Assembly (NCBI GenBank): GCA_000002435.2
Contig: CM018793.1
Reading direction: 5' to 3' (one strand)
DNA length: 64,000 bases
From: Giardia intestinalis
Taxonomy: Eukaryota
Below are positions 10,397-20,114 of the stretch, in pieces. Each line of letters begins with the position of its first letter. The first letter of the stretch is position 1. Under the pieces are notes generated by a model. The model was not told the DNA's origin. It did not search any database and saw only the letters and a list, made by a program, of their open reading frames with translations. The position numbers were made by a program, and so were the translations under genes.

Positions 10397-11023
10397 TTAG
10401 GCCTCATTGGTACCTGACACTGCTGGCATGTATTCTAACTTATAGAGGTAAAACGTGGGCATTGTTTGAAGAGATATCTCTAGTGCAGGGGGGATAACCT
10501 TGTATGGTTTGCTGACGACAAACGTTTTGGATGTGCAATACTCTAGCATTTCTTGGCGATCAAGACCGTCAAAGGAAAGAGTGAACCACACTGAATTCGG
10601 ATTCATGAGCCGGTACACTGTCTCGATAGCTTGTTTCATTGCAGTCAGGGGTTCAAAGGAATTAGTAAGCAGGCAGTCCAGAAGACCCTTATCTATCACT
10701 ATGTCAAATAGCTTGTTGAACAGAGACTTATTAAGTTCTGCCACATCCTTTACGAGATATTCTATCTCCGGCCTTCTTCGAAGCTCTCCTTCCATATTCC
10801 TTTTGGCTCCAGCTGAGAAGTCAATGCATGTGATGTTTTTATATCCAAGATCATATAGCTGATAGGGAAGTCTGGAGACTCCTGCTCCAAGGACGAGGAT
10901 ATGCTTGTCTGGGTGGAAGTACTTCTGGATGTGTGGAAAGAAGATAGGAAGTTGCACATACCAATCGAAGAGTTCGGTGTGGCTTTCATACCAATCGTCC
11001 CAGTACTTCAGCTCATAGAACAT
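10397..11023 (-). CDS. Class I SAM-dependent methyltransferase, EEF1A lysine methyltransferase 4 / ECE2-MTase-like
   Basis: ATG verified. N-terminus YWDDWY...FDWY, then motif I ILVLGAGVSRL and motif post-I ITCIDFS, matching the EEF1AKMT4/METTL-type arrangement. Confidence 0.85.
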   Translation of the reverse strand: MFYELKYWDDWYESHTELFDWYVQLPIFFPHIQKYFHPDKHILVLGAGVSRLPYQLYDLGYKNITCIDFSAGAKRNMEGELRRRPEIEYLVKDVAELNKSLFNKLFDIVIDKGLLDCLLTNSFEPLTAMKQAIETVYRLMNPNSVWFTLSFDGLDRQEMLEYCTSKTFVVSKPYKVIPPALEISLQTMPTFYLYKLEYMPAVSGTNEA

Positions 11024-11226
11024 GGACTTGCTTTGTTAAATTTTAGGAATGATGCGGAGATCACCAGCAACGTGCAGGAGTGCAGGATAGCCTTTATTGA
11101 TTGCTTGCTAGTGTTCAGAGGCAGTACTTGGAAGCTACGCTACTCAATACCTCGCTGCAACAAAGGTAAGCATAAAATGGAGTTCACTCAACACAGCCTA
11201 CACCTTCTAATCCATAAAATTATAAG

Positions 11227-12363
11227 ATGTCTCTCAGAGCAGGAGCATCCACTAAGTCCAAGGTCGACCCATTGGACAAAAAGCTGCCAGCAAACCCTAA
11301 GTATGCAAACGTCACCTCGACAATTAACTCTGGTCCAACAATAGATAAGTTTTATGCTAAGCACGGGCAGGAGGCTACAAATGCACGCTTCAAACGTAAT
11401 ACAAGCCAAAAGTACAAGAGAATTCGCTTGGCAACCCTTCAGAAATGGATAGAGACGGCCATGACCGTTCTTGCACAGCCGGATTTCCTAGATTCTGGAG
11501 AATCAATTTATTCCCTAGACGATGGAAATGGACCCATTCAAAGGCCCGGAAGTGTTTGCTCTGCAATTACCTCAGTATCTATGGCAGATACTGAGGCCAG
11601 TGTCTGCGGAGACGAGCCGGGTGTGCCGCCAATGTTCATGGGGGGTCCAGATATTAAGGAACTCCTAAATCGCCTCAGCATTTGCAGGCCCACAACATCT
11701 GAAGCAAATGGAGCATACATTCGCGACACAACGGCCATGCCAGTCGTCACAGACTACGTCAGGAATTCCAAGATGAATCAAGCCGTTGCAGACAGATATC
11801 AATTGGCCAGCAATACCGAAGACCAAGATACACTGCGTAACGCCGTTCGCGAAAAGAACACTCGCTCGCATCTAGAGGGGCTGGGAGATCCCTCCAGTGC
11901 ACCCACGTCTCTAAATGAGGTCCAGGAACTCACCACCAGAAAGCGCCATAACAAGATTCTGGAAAGAATACACCTTATTCCAGGGCTCAAGCTTGAGATG
12001 CTGCGGTCGGATACGGAACCCAAGCGCCAGATTTACTTGCCTATACCGACCGTTACCAAGCAATTTTGCGTTCTGGATATGCGTCCAGACGAATCTGAGT
12101 ACAACAGATCGCATATCTGGGGAGCCGTTTGGCTGCCCACGGCGCGACTCCACAGGGCGACAAACAAGATGCCCCCAGATCTGCACTACTTCGTTAAGTT
12201 CGATGAGTCCATCGTTATCGTGACAGGGCTGGAAGGAAATAATGCAGAAGAGGCAGCAAATCTCCTTATGGAATATGGAATTGCCCAGCGAAACATTGTT
12301 CTTCTGATACAAACGATCGCAGAAGTAGAGCAAACTGCCAGAGGGATCATTGTTACCGCGTGA
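11227..12363 (+). CDS. Hypothetical protein with C-terminal rhodanese-homology domain (active-site Cys absent)
   Basis: ATG verified with AT-rich upstream (ccataaaattataagATG). C-terminus VLDMRPDESEYNRSHIWGAVWLP...IVIVTGLEGNNAEEAANLLMEYGIAQRNIVLL matches the rhodanese pattern (IDVR..EY..GHIPGA..IP ... IVVYCRSG.RS..AA..L...G). The catalytic Cys is replaced (IVIVTG). Confidence 0.6.
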   Translation: MSLRAGASTKSKVDPLDKKLPANPKYANVTSTINSGPTIDKFYAKHGQEATNARFKRNTSQKYKRIRLATLQKWIETAMTVLAQPDFLDSGESIYSLDDGNGPIQRPGSVCSAITSVSMADTEASVCGDEPGVPPMFMGGPDIKELLNRLSICRPTTSEANGAYIRDTTAMPVVTDYVRNSKMNQAVADRYQLASNTEDQDTLRNAVREKNTRSHLEGLGDPSSAPTSLNEVQELTTRKRHNKILERIHLIPGLKLEMLRSDTEPKRQIYLPIPTVTKQFCVLDMRPDESEYNRSHIWGAVWLPTARLHRATNKMPPDLHYFVKFDESIVIVTGLEGNNAEEAANLLMEYGIAQRNIVLLIQTIAEVEQTARGIIVTA

Positions 12364-12757
12364 CCAGCTGTGGCTATCGCATCCAGCAGTGAACCACCCC
12401 TTTGTTCTGATAGACAGGTACCATTCCAGCGCGTGTAAATGACCCTAGCATGCTGCGTTCATCTACCTATTAACCACCGGGCGTGTTCACTTCTTCGACG
12501 CCTGGAGCTGTGCAGCGGCCGCCCTTGTCTTCTCCGCTGCCTCTCGTTGCTTTCGCTTGAACTCTCGGTCGTCCTCGTCCTCATACTCTTCCTTCTTACC
12601 CTGCTTTTTGTGCTGAGCCTTTCCAGATTGCTTTCCTGCAATGGGCATCAAGTCTTGCCTTCTTGCTTTTTTCGTACTGCGCTCACTCGAATCTGGAAAA
12701 ATAGCACAAAATTTGGTACTTTTAGCATTTTTGATTTTCATGTTTTTAAAAGCAACA

Positions 12758-13675
12758 ATGGCCAAAGTCGACATCGATGAGTTTATTGAGCGTCTATACC
12801 GCGGAGAATTGCTTGTCGAGGAGGAGATTCGAGAAATATGCGAAAGGGTGAAGCATATATTCATCGAGGAACCCAACATTCAACCAATTCTGGCCCCTGT
12901 TACGGTTGTCGGTGACATCCATGGGCAGTACCACGATCTCATTGAAATGTTCCGTATTTGTGGACGTTCACCATACACAAATTACCTCTTCATGGGCGAT
13001 TATGTCGATCGCGGATACTACTCAGTTGAGTGTATAACTCTCTTGGTCTTGCTAAAGATTAAGTACCGTAATAGGGTTACTATGCTTCGCGGAAATCACG
13101 AGTCTAGGCAGGTCACGCAGGTGTACGGCTTCCACGAAGAGGTTGTAAGAAAGTATGGGACGTCTGCTGTTTGGAAGATCTTCACTGAGGTGTTTGATTA
13201 TCTCCCCATTGGCTGTTTGATAGACAAATCCATATTTTGCATTCATGGTGGTTTGTCGCCCTCGATTGATACCCTCGATCAGATCAGACAGCTCGAAAGG
13301 GTAACGGAGATACCTCATGATGGTGCCATAGCAGACTGTCTTTGGTCAGATCCAGACATAAAATCAGGTTGGGGAAGGTCACCCCGAGGAGCAGGGTATA
13401 CCTTTGGTCAGGATGTGACGGAGACCTTCATAAAGAACAACGGGCTTCTCATGATTGCGCGTGCCCACCAGCTTACCATGGAGGGCTACCAGTGGCACCA
13501 TGACAAGCAGTGCGTGACCATCTTCTCTGCGCCAAACTACTGCTTCCGCAGTGGAAACCGCGGGGCAATCATGGAACTGGACGAGAATATCCAATACACC
13601 TTCATACAATTCAACTTTGCTCCTCGCAGAGGCCAGCCACATATATCTAGGCGCGTTCCGGATTACTTCCTTTAG
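12758..13675 (+). CDS. PP2Ac: Serine/threonine protein phosphatase 2A catalytic subunit (PPP family, PP2Ac-like)
   Basis: ATG at 12758 verified (aaaagcaacaATGgcc), so the track's N-terminal extension is rejected. It is collinear with human PP2Ac across the whole length: [27 protein letters not shown], and the C-terminal RRVPDYFL (the methyl-accepting Leu tail). An AGTAAAT poly(A) signal lies ~20 nt after the stop. Confidence 0.93.
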   Translation: MAKVDIDEFIERLYRGELLVEEEIREICERVKHIFIEEPNIQPILAPVTVVGDIHGQYHDLIEMFRICGRSPYTNYLFMGDYVDRGYYSVECITLLVLLKIKYRNRVTMLRGNHESRQVTQVYGFHEEVVRKYGTSAVWKIFTEVFDYLPIGCLIDKSIFCIHGGLSPSIDTLDQIRQLERVTEIPHDGAIADCLWSDPDIKSGWGRSPRGAGYTFGQDVTETFIKNNGLLMIARAHQLTMEGYQWHHDKQCVTIFSAPNYCFRSGNRGAIMELDENIQYTFIQFNFAPRRGQPHISRRVPDYFL

Positions 13676-13708
13676 TCGCTTGAGAGCAATGGATAAGTAA
13701 ATCCCCGG

Positions 13709-16700
13709 CTACCGCGGTTTCTTTCTAAGGAAGCGTGCAATCCGCATGTGTCCCTGTGAGCGGGCCATGGCTTCGACGGTCTCCCCGAACCCTGTAGGTA
13801 TGTGTGCTTCGTTGACGAGGAGCTTGACACAGTTGAGTTGTTCTGCTTGAACAGAGTGGGCGAGTGCAGTGTACCCACTAAAGTCTACGATGCCTTGCTC
13901 ATACCGCATGAGTAAGCTGACACAGCTGGCATGTCCTTGCCGCGCAGCATACATCAGCGCAGTTCGGCCCAGAGCGTCCCGCTTAGATGCCTCTCCAATA
14001 TAGAGCTCTGCGGTCTCTACATCACCTGAGGCCGCTGCGATCATTAAAGATGTAACATTACTGATCTTCTGCTCTGAGGCTAAAAGAATCGTTGCGCAGC
14101 CCATGTAGCCGTTAAGCAGAGTCCGTAATAGAGCGGTACTTTTGTCAACATCTGACATGCCAGCCTCTGTGCGAAGATACTGCACACACTTAATGTGCCC
14201 TTCTTCGGCAGCATACATCAGAGCTGTCTCTCCTAAGTTGTTGGCTATGCACATCTCCTGTCGCAGCTGCTTGAGCACCTCGGTGTGCCCACACCTTGCC
14301 GCATAATGCAAGGCTGTGTTTCCGTTATTGTCCGTGGCGCCACATTCGAAGTCACGTAGCAGTGACACTACGCCTAAGTGTCCCTCGTGGGCCGCAGTCA
14401 TTAGTGCAGTACACCCACCCTTTGTTTTCAGACCAACCTCTCCCAGAAGCAGCTCAACACATCCCAAGTGTCCCTGTTGTGCAGCCATCATAAGGGCGGT
14501 GAAACCCTCGCCCACTTGCAGACCAAGTTCACCGAGAAGCAGTTTGACTGCCTCCTCATGACCATAATAGGCGGCTATCTTGAGAGATGACAACCCGTTG
14601 TATACCGTGCCAATGAGATTTAAGTTAGCCTTTATGTCGTCCAAGTTATTACTCTCCGCTGCCAAATATAAGGGACTCTTCTTTGTAGATACAGTTGCTG
14701 CAACGCGGGGCTTTAAAGGAACCGAAGTACGTTCCATAAGAATATGATTAGTTATGCATTGTATATACTTTACCTTGTTTTCTATTACAGCATAGTCTAA
14801 AATGGTGTAACCGTCAGGCATCTTTATAGATGCCTCCCCTTTTAATAAGGCCTTAAACATATCCTTTTTGTTCAAGTCTAGTGCTATCTTCAGTGCCGTT
14901 TTACCGTATCTATTTAGAAGACCCTCTGCTGACGCCAGATATGGCTGATATTTAATTTTCCCGTTCTTCACTGCCCAGATGAGCGCGGTGTCGCCCTCAT
15001 TGTCCCTACAGGAAGCTTCATACGGACCCAAGAGTTCGACAATTTTACTAAGTCCGCGCTCCATTGCGATGATCAGTGCCGTCTTCCCGTTGGCCTGTAT
15101 ATATGTAGCCTCTCCGACACAGAGCTGTACCAGTTCAACATCCCCTGTGAATACGGCGCGAATGAGAGCTGTTCTACCGTCACTATCGACATGGCCCTGT
15201 TCATACTTTGCCAGGAGCTCACAACACTTCCGTTGCTCGCGGTCTGTGGCGAGCATTAGAGCTGTTCTGTGCTGGCTGTTGAGTATACGAGACTCCTTAT
15301 TGACCAGAAGAGACACTATTGCATCGTGGCCATGCTCTGCCGCATACATAAGTGCTGTATTTCCTTCTCCGTCCTGCATGCCATGTTCATGTTCTGCGAG
15401 AACCGTGGCTGCACTTACATCCCCAATCCTAGAGGCATGCATCAGAGCAGTTCGCCCTTGAGAATCAACGCTCCTTAAAGACTCTGGGAGTAGCCATTTA
15501 ATGTAGTTACTCTTTCCATTAAGAATGCACCACATCAAAGTTGTGAGGCCTGGCCCAATTCGAGCGCTGATTTCCTGGGGCATAAGTGCTAGTCTTTGAA
15601 TGCATGAGATGTTATCTGAAACTATAGCAATTAGTAATGCAGTTTCGCCACTATGCGTTTGGATGCCGGCTTCTACTTTCAGAACATCCAAGCATTCCAC
15701 ATGGTTAAGTTTCACAGCTAGTACAAGGGCTGTGATGCCCTCAACGTTAGACAGTCGCGCTTCCTTCCCAATGAGTAAGTGAATCATTTCAACCTGATTA
15801 AGGCGCACGGCCCACATAAGGGCTGTCTCGCCATATTTGTCTATTAGTCCAGATTCCCTCTCAAGTAAAAACGATACGCATTCTTTGCTGCCATTTATGG
15901 CCGCATACATAAGCGCTGTCTTGCTCGTGAGATCGTGACACCGTTCTTCATAAGGAGCGAGAAGCTTTGCACATATGTGATGGTTATTTCTTGCTGCGTG
16001 CATCAAAGCCGTCATTCCATCTTTGTCCCTAATTCCTTCTTCTACGGCAAGAAGGCGCTCCACAGATTCTCTGCTGCCGGCGGAAGCAGCATGCATAAGT
16101 GCGGTCATGCCCTTGTTGTCTTGCAACTTACTTTCCTTCAGTATGAGAGACGACGCCTCAGCAATCGTATTCTTTCTGGCCGCGTGCATCAAAGCTGTCA
16201 TCTTGTTATTGTCATACATCTGTCCCTCATGCTCAAGAAGAATATCTATGCAATCAGAGTGTCCAGCCATAGCTGCTAGCATAAGAGCAGTACGTCCGTT
16301 ATGGGAACGCATCCGGACTTCGTGCAAATTATTTCTTACGCTATCTACATCCCCAGACAACGCAGCGTCCATAAGAGCCGTCTGGAGTCCGAAGCCACTG
16401 GGTCTAGGGGATACTGGTGACTGTGCTCCGAGCCTTAGCCCAGACGGCGAGGAGGCCCGAATAGGGCTAGGAGACCACACAAGTGCATTATGCATGGTTT
16501 GATACCTTTGAAACTCCATTCTTCGAAGGACTTCTTGAATGTCAGGAACAAGGAGGAGATCTGCGCTGCTTATTCGTGCATACGGTATTCGTTCTAGACA
16601 CCGCCTGATGACGAGTTTTATAGTATTACTGTAGCCTGAAAGCTGCTGCAAGTAAGGCTCAATAGGAGTGTCGGCTATAGAGGTGGGAATTTCAAGAGTG

Positions 16701-17350
16701 CATAATTCTAGTATAATGCAGCCCAAAGACCAAATATCGACCTTCTGCGTGCAGGATTGTCCATTGAGTATCTCTGGTGCCAGATAAGCAGGGGTCCCGA
16801 GCACCTTCTGCACACTCGCAGATCCGGTAATAGAAACAAGCTCCAGGGGGCGACAAAAACCAAAATCAGCAATCTTAACGTCGTCATCCAGGAATAAAAT
16901 GTTTGCCGGCTTTATGTCTCTGTGCACAACAACCGATAAAGAGCCTGTCTTGATCTGGGAGTGAAGATAGGCAAGACCAGCGGCAATTTGAGCCAGTATC
17001 TCCCATATCTGCAGCTCAGGTATAGGCTCTTGTCGGCGGCGATGCTGCATGATGAATTCCTCGAGCGTTCCCCCATTGCAGTACTCCATCTCGAGATACA
17101 CATGTTCAATCTCTGGATCGCGCAGCACACGCGTACAATTAACAATATATCGTGACTGAAGCTGTGGATAGATATCTAACTCTCCCGTGAGGGACATGCT
17201 ACTAGCGAGGCAAAGGCTTTCATCAATTTCCTTCAAAGCAAAGATCTCACCAGAATCGGTTTTCGAGACCTTGTATACTTTCCCAAAGGCTCCCACGCCA
17301 AGTACCTCTTCACAGATGTACGATTTAGCGATGGTTGTGGACACAAGCAT
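13709..17350 (-). CDS. NEK-family serine/threonine kinase with C-terminal ankyrin-repeat array (~25 repeats); catalytic motifs intact
   Basis: ATG verified. The N-terminal kinase domain has LGVGAFGKVYKV, ALKEI (beta3 Lys), VVHRDIKPANILF, IADFG and GTPAYLAPE. It is followed by ~850 aa of Giardia-type ankyrin repeats (recurring TALMHAA..GH...V..LL). Confidence 0.9.
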   Translation of the reverse strand: MLVSTTIAKSYICEEVLGVGAFGKVYKVSKTDSGEIFALKEIDESLCLASSMSLTGELDIYPQLQSRYIVNCTRVLRDPEIEHVYLEMEYCNGGTLEEFIMQHRRRQEPIPELQIWEILAQIAAGLAYLHSQIKTGSLSVVVHRDIKPANILFLDDDVKIADFGFCRPLELVSITGSASVQKVLGTPAYLAPEILNGQSCTQKVDIWSLGCIILELCTLEIPTSIADTPIEPYLQQLSGYSNTIKLVIRRCLERIPYARISSADLLLVPDIQEVLRRMEFQRYQTMHNALVWSPSPIRASSPSGLRLGAQSPVSPRPSGFGLQTALMDAALSGDVDSVRNNLHEVRMRSHNGRTALMLAAMAGHSDCIDILLEHEGQMYDNNKMTALMHAARKNTIAEASSLILKESKLQDNKGMTALMHAASAGSRESVERLLAVEEGIRDKDGMTALMHAARNNHHICAKLLAPYEERCHDLTSKTALMYAAINGSKECVSFLLERESGLIDKYGETALMWAVRLNQVEMIHLLIGKEARLSNVEGITALVLAVKLNHVECLDVLKVEAGIQTHSGETALLIAIVSDNISCIQRLALMPQEISARIGPGLTTLMWCILNGKSNYIKWLLPESLRSVDSQGRTALMHASRIGDVSAATVLAEHEHGMQDGEGNTALMYAAEHGHDAIVSLLVNKESRILNSQHRTALMLATDREQRKCCELLAKYEQGHVDSDGRTALIRAVFTGDVELVQLCVGEATYIQANGKTALIIAMERGLSKIVELLGPYEASCRDNEGDTALIWAVKNGKIKYQPYLASAEGLLNRYGKTALKIALDLNKKDMFKALLKGEASIKMPDGYTILDYAVIENKVKYIQCITNHILMERTSVPLKPRVAATVSTKKSPLYLAAESNNLDDIKANLNLIGTVYNGLSSLKIAAYYGHEEAVKLLLGELGLQVGEGFTALMMAAQQGHLGCVELLLGEVGLKTKGGCTALMTAAHEGHLGVVSLLRDFECGATDNNGNTALHYAARCGHTEVLKQLRQEMCIANNLGETALMYAAEEGHIKCVQYLRTEAGMSDVDKSTALLRTLLNGYMGCATILLASEQKISNVTSLMIAAASGDVETAELYIGEASKRDALGRTALMYAARQGHASCVSLLMRYEQGIVDFSGYTALAHSVQAEQLNCVKLLVNEAHIPTGFGETVEAMARSQGHMRIARFLRKKPR

Positions 17351-17511
17351 GGGGCGGGGAGCAGGGGAGGAATAAATTAAATCTCACTCAAAAGGATGAA
17401 GGACCTCTCGGGCATCTACCGTATTTACCTCTATTAGCTTAGTTTAGTTAACTGTTTGATATAGCCGGCAAGCAAAACACTTCACTATATCACCTAGGGT
17501 AGAAGGGAAGA

Positions 17512-19278
17512 CTAGACTGCACTACGGCTGTGCATCTGCGGCTGCCCACGCATCCCAGACAGCCGAATAGATGCCGGCTGAGATGCCCTGAGCTCCTCCT
17601 CAAAGCCTGCATTTATGGCAGAACCGCTAACAGATGCAAGAGATGCCTCAAGTGCACTCACTCTCGCACTTGCGCGCCTAAATTCTTCTTCGCGGAGGTG
17701 CAGGTTTGCTTTTAGATTGATTATCTCTTCGTTGAGCCTCAGCTTTTCATCTTTGAGATTCGTGATTGTCTCATCCCTACGTTTGATTTCTTCACGTCTG
17801 CTCTGCTCAAGTTCTTGGTATCTCTGATCGTTTCGCATGTTCGTAGCATCGACAGTCGCAAATATATGTGCATAGTTCCGTTCTTTGGCGCGAAGCCTCT
17901 CTATTTCTATCTTGATGGGCTCAAAGCGCTCCTTCATATACTCATAAAGGCGCTTAGCCTCGTAGAGCTTGCTCACCTCGGCTGCTTGATCGTCTTTAAG
18001 GCGCTGCAGCCTTTCGTTCTCCTCCACTATCTTGCTCATCTGATCATCTGCAATGAGCAGCTTTGCCTTCTGAGACTCTACCTCCAGGCGCAGAGCGCGA
18101 GCCTCGTCCTCGACTTCCTTCAAACTCGACACCGTTGTCATCGACTTGGTGTACTCGTCAACAAGCTTGCTCTGCTGTTCCTCCAGCTCTCGTATACGCA
18201 GAACAGCGTCCTCAGCCGCTAGCTCTGTATTCCTGAGACGAGAGAGCTCTTCCTGCAAGGTTCTTATCTGCTCCTCAGCTCCAGCAAGACGCAAGGAGGT
18301 GCCATCTAGGTCTGCGGTGACCTGTGCCAGGGACACTCTGGCTTCTTCTGCCTCGCGGGCTTTATCTCCGGCCAGCTCACTTATCGCTTGATACTTCAAG
18401 TTCTCCTTCTCCATTGAGCTGTAGCGTTGAGTTAGCTCGTCGTACTTCCTCTTAAAGCTTTCTGCTTCGGAAAGAAGAACCTCTAACTCCGTGATACGAG
18501 ACTCTGCTTTGCACAGGTTCTCCTCCCATGTGTTAGACTTCTCCTGCACAGACCGAAGGGACTCGATGGTACTTTCAAGACGAGAGATCTTTTCGGTAAG
18601 GGCGATGATCTGTGCTGTCTTTGTCTCCGCATTGGCCTCGTCATCTTGATAGATAGCAAGCTGTGCAGCAACATCCTCGTACTGCTCATATGGAACAAAC
18701 CTCGGTTTTGCGCCAGCTTGTATCTGAGGATTAGGAGCAAGCACGGGTTGCACCCCCTGGGCTGCCGGCACCACTGTTCCTAGTCCTGATATGGCAGGGC
18801 CAGACTGCGAAAGCTGGATGGGCACGGGTCCCTGTGACTGTGCCAGCGCAGAGGGTGCCAATGCAGCAGAGACTGTCGCCTGAAGGGCATTAGTGTTAAG
18901 GACAGATACGGGAGCATCTGCTGCAGAGAACCCTGTAAGCTCATTGATCGTATCTGTGAGCTCCATTACATCTTTAGAAAGTATGCCGTTATCTGTCTGA
19001 AGTAACGCAATTTGCTCTCTAAAGGCTAGATGCTCCTCCTCAGCTTTGTCAAGTTTCTCCCGGAGTTCATCGCACGATTGGCGAAGCTGAGCGTTCTCAG
19101 CCTCGAGGGTCCCCACGCGAGGTGCGTCGAGTTTACTGGCCGTCTGGGCCGAGAGCAGACGTGAATTTGCGTCTTCGAGACGAACTATCTCGAACTTAGC
19201 CGCCCGGAGACTCTCCTCGAGGATCGCAACGCGCTTCCTGCTGTCTTTTAGCTCATTGGTCAGTCGCTGAAGATCCAT
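17512..19278 (-). CDS. Coiled-coil protein (588 aa, hypothetical)
   Basis: ATG verified. A 46-bp AT-rich divergent intergenic region is shared with the gene at 19325. There are extensive coiled-coil heptads (LEAENAQLRQSCDELREKLDKAEEEH...) and a Q/A/P-rich linker. Confidence 0.7.
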   Translation of the reverse strand: MDLQRLTNELKDSRKRVAILEESLRAAKFEIVRLEDANSRLLSAQTASKLDAPRVGTLEAENAQLRQSCDELREKLDKAEEEHLAFREQIALLQTDNGILSKDVMELTDTINELTGFSAADAPVSVLNTNALQATVSAALAPSALAQSQGPVPIQLSQSGPAISGLGTVVPAAQGVQPVLAPNPQIQAGAKPRFVPYEQYEDVAAQLAIYQDDEANAETKTAQIIALTEKISRLESTIESLRSVQEKSNTWEENLCKAESRITELEVLLSEAESFKRKYDELTQRYSSMEKENLKYQAISELAGDKAREAEEARVSLAQVTADLDGTSLRLAGAEEQIRTLQEELSRLRNTELAAEDAVLRIRELEEQQSKLVDEYTKSMTTVSSLKEVEDEARALRLEVESQKAKLLIADDQMSKIVEENERLQRLKDDQAAEVSKLYEAKRLYEYMKERFEPIKIEIERLRAKERNYAHIFATVDATNMRNDQRYQELEQSRREEIKRRDETITNLKDEKLRLNEEIINLKANLHLREEEFRRASARVSALEASLASVSGSAINAGFEEELRASQPASIRLSGMRGQPQMHSRSAV

Positions 19279-19324
19279 TCGGAAAAGACAACCCCTCTAA
19301 ATTTTGTTTAACAAATTTAAATGA
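19279..19324. promoter_or_regulatory. 46-bp AT-rich bidirectional promoter/initiator region between divergent genes
   Basis: The whole intergenic sequence is tcggaaaagacaacccctctaaattttgtttaacaaatttaa, lying between the ATG at 19278 (-) and the ATG at 19325 (+). Confidence 0.55.
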
Positions 19325-19978
19325 ATGGGTGACCGGAATGACCGAAGTGACGTTGCTCCACTGCCCGGCGGGGCTGCTGTTCCTGTGCGCACAGTGAATT
19401 GCCAGTCAGCACTTGAATTGCTAATAGACCTGCGGAGCCAGGAAGGCTTACCACCTTATGATTCTGCTAAGGTGGCAGCCGCCATTAAATCCTTGACGGA
19501 TATCTACCCGCATTTGTCCTACTATCTGGATCTTCTCTCGCAGGACTTATCGAAGATCGATACTACTGCTGTACTTCGCCACTTTTACCCCTTTTATATG
19601 ATCTACAATGAGTTTATTCATCTTTTGGTCGTCTATCATATGACGCGATTTCGGCGTCTACTCTCCACAATCAATAACTCAGTAGATCTACCCTCAGACT
19701 GTGCGGCTGCTCTCTCCCCCTACGAGCAGGAGCTGCTCAAGCAGGTGCAGGATATCAGGATCAACTTTTACTTGCGAGAAGGCGTCTTACCAACCCCAAA
19801 AGTGGCGCCTCCGACCTCTGCGTACATAGACGTCATGGTTGTGGACAACTCTGTTGGTGAGGTTCTGCTTCAGAGCGGCGAAACTGTTTTCTTGAACTAT
19901 GGGTCGTTCCATCATCTTCTTCGCTCCGATGCCGCCGAGTTTTTAGCTCGTGGACAATTGGTTATTCTTAGCGAGTAG
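19325..19978 (+). CDS. GINS complex subunit, Sld5/Psf1-type (A-domain then C-terminal B-domain)
   Basis: ATG verified. The C-terminus IDVMVVDNSVGEVLLQSGETVFLNYGSFHHLLRSDAAEFLARGQLVILSE fits the Sld5/Psf1 B-domain pattern (V.V.......L..G..V.L.RGSQH.LR..D.E.LI..G.L..I). The N-terminal half is helical. Confidence 0.5.
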   Translation: MGDRNDRSDVAPLPGGAAVPVRTVNCQSALELLIDLRSQEGLPPYDSAKVAAAIKSLTDIYPHLSYYLDLLSQDLSKIDTTAVLRHFYPFYMIYNEFIHLLVVYHMTRFRRLLSTINNSVDLPSDCAAALSPYEQELLKQVQDIRINFYLREGVLPTPKVAPPTSAYIDVMVVDNSVGEVLLQSGETVFLNYGSFHHLLRSDAAEFLARGQLVILSE

Positions 19979-20114
19979 TGTTCACGGCAACTTTATTCCT
20001 TTTTAGAAGTATATCGGGTAAATCCTTGCCAACTTGCAGTTAGATCAGCTATTAAAATTAGTTAAAAGTAGTTCATCTACACTTCTATAGATTGAGCATT
20101 TGGTCGTTGAGATC

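Noticed and set aside
12641-12757. N-terminal hydrophobic extension on the PP2A catalytic subunit
   Set aside because: The ATG at 12758 has an AT-rich initiator and yields a 305-aa protein collinear with PP2Ac. The extension has no homolog.
14296-16502. Antisense ORFs (60-160 aa) opposite the NEK ankyrin-repeat region, and likewise opposite the second NEK gene at 50701..52530
   Set aside because: They are repetitive S/A/R-rich translations of the reverse strand of ankyrin repeats, with no independent support.
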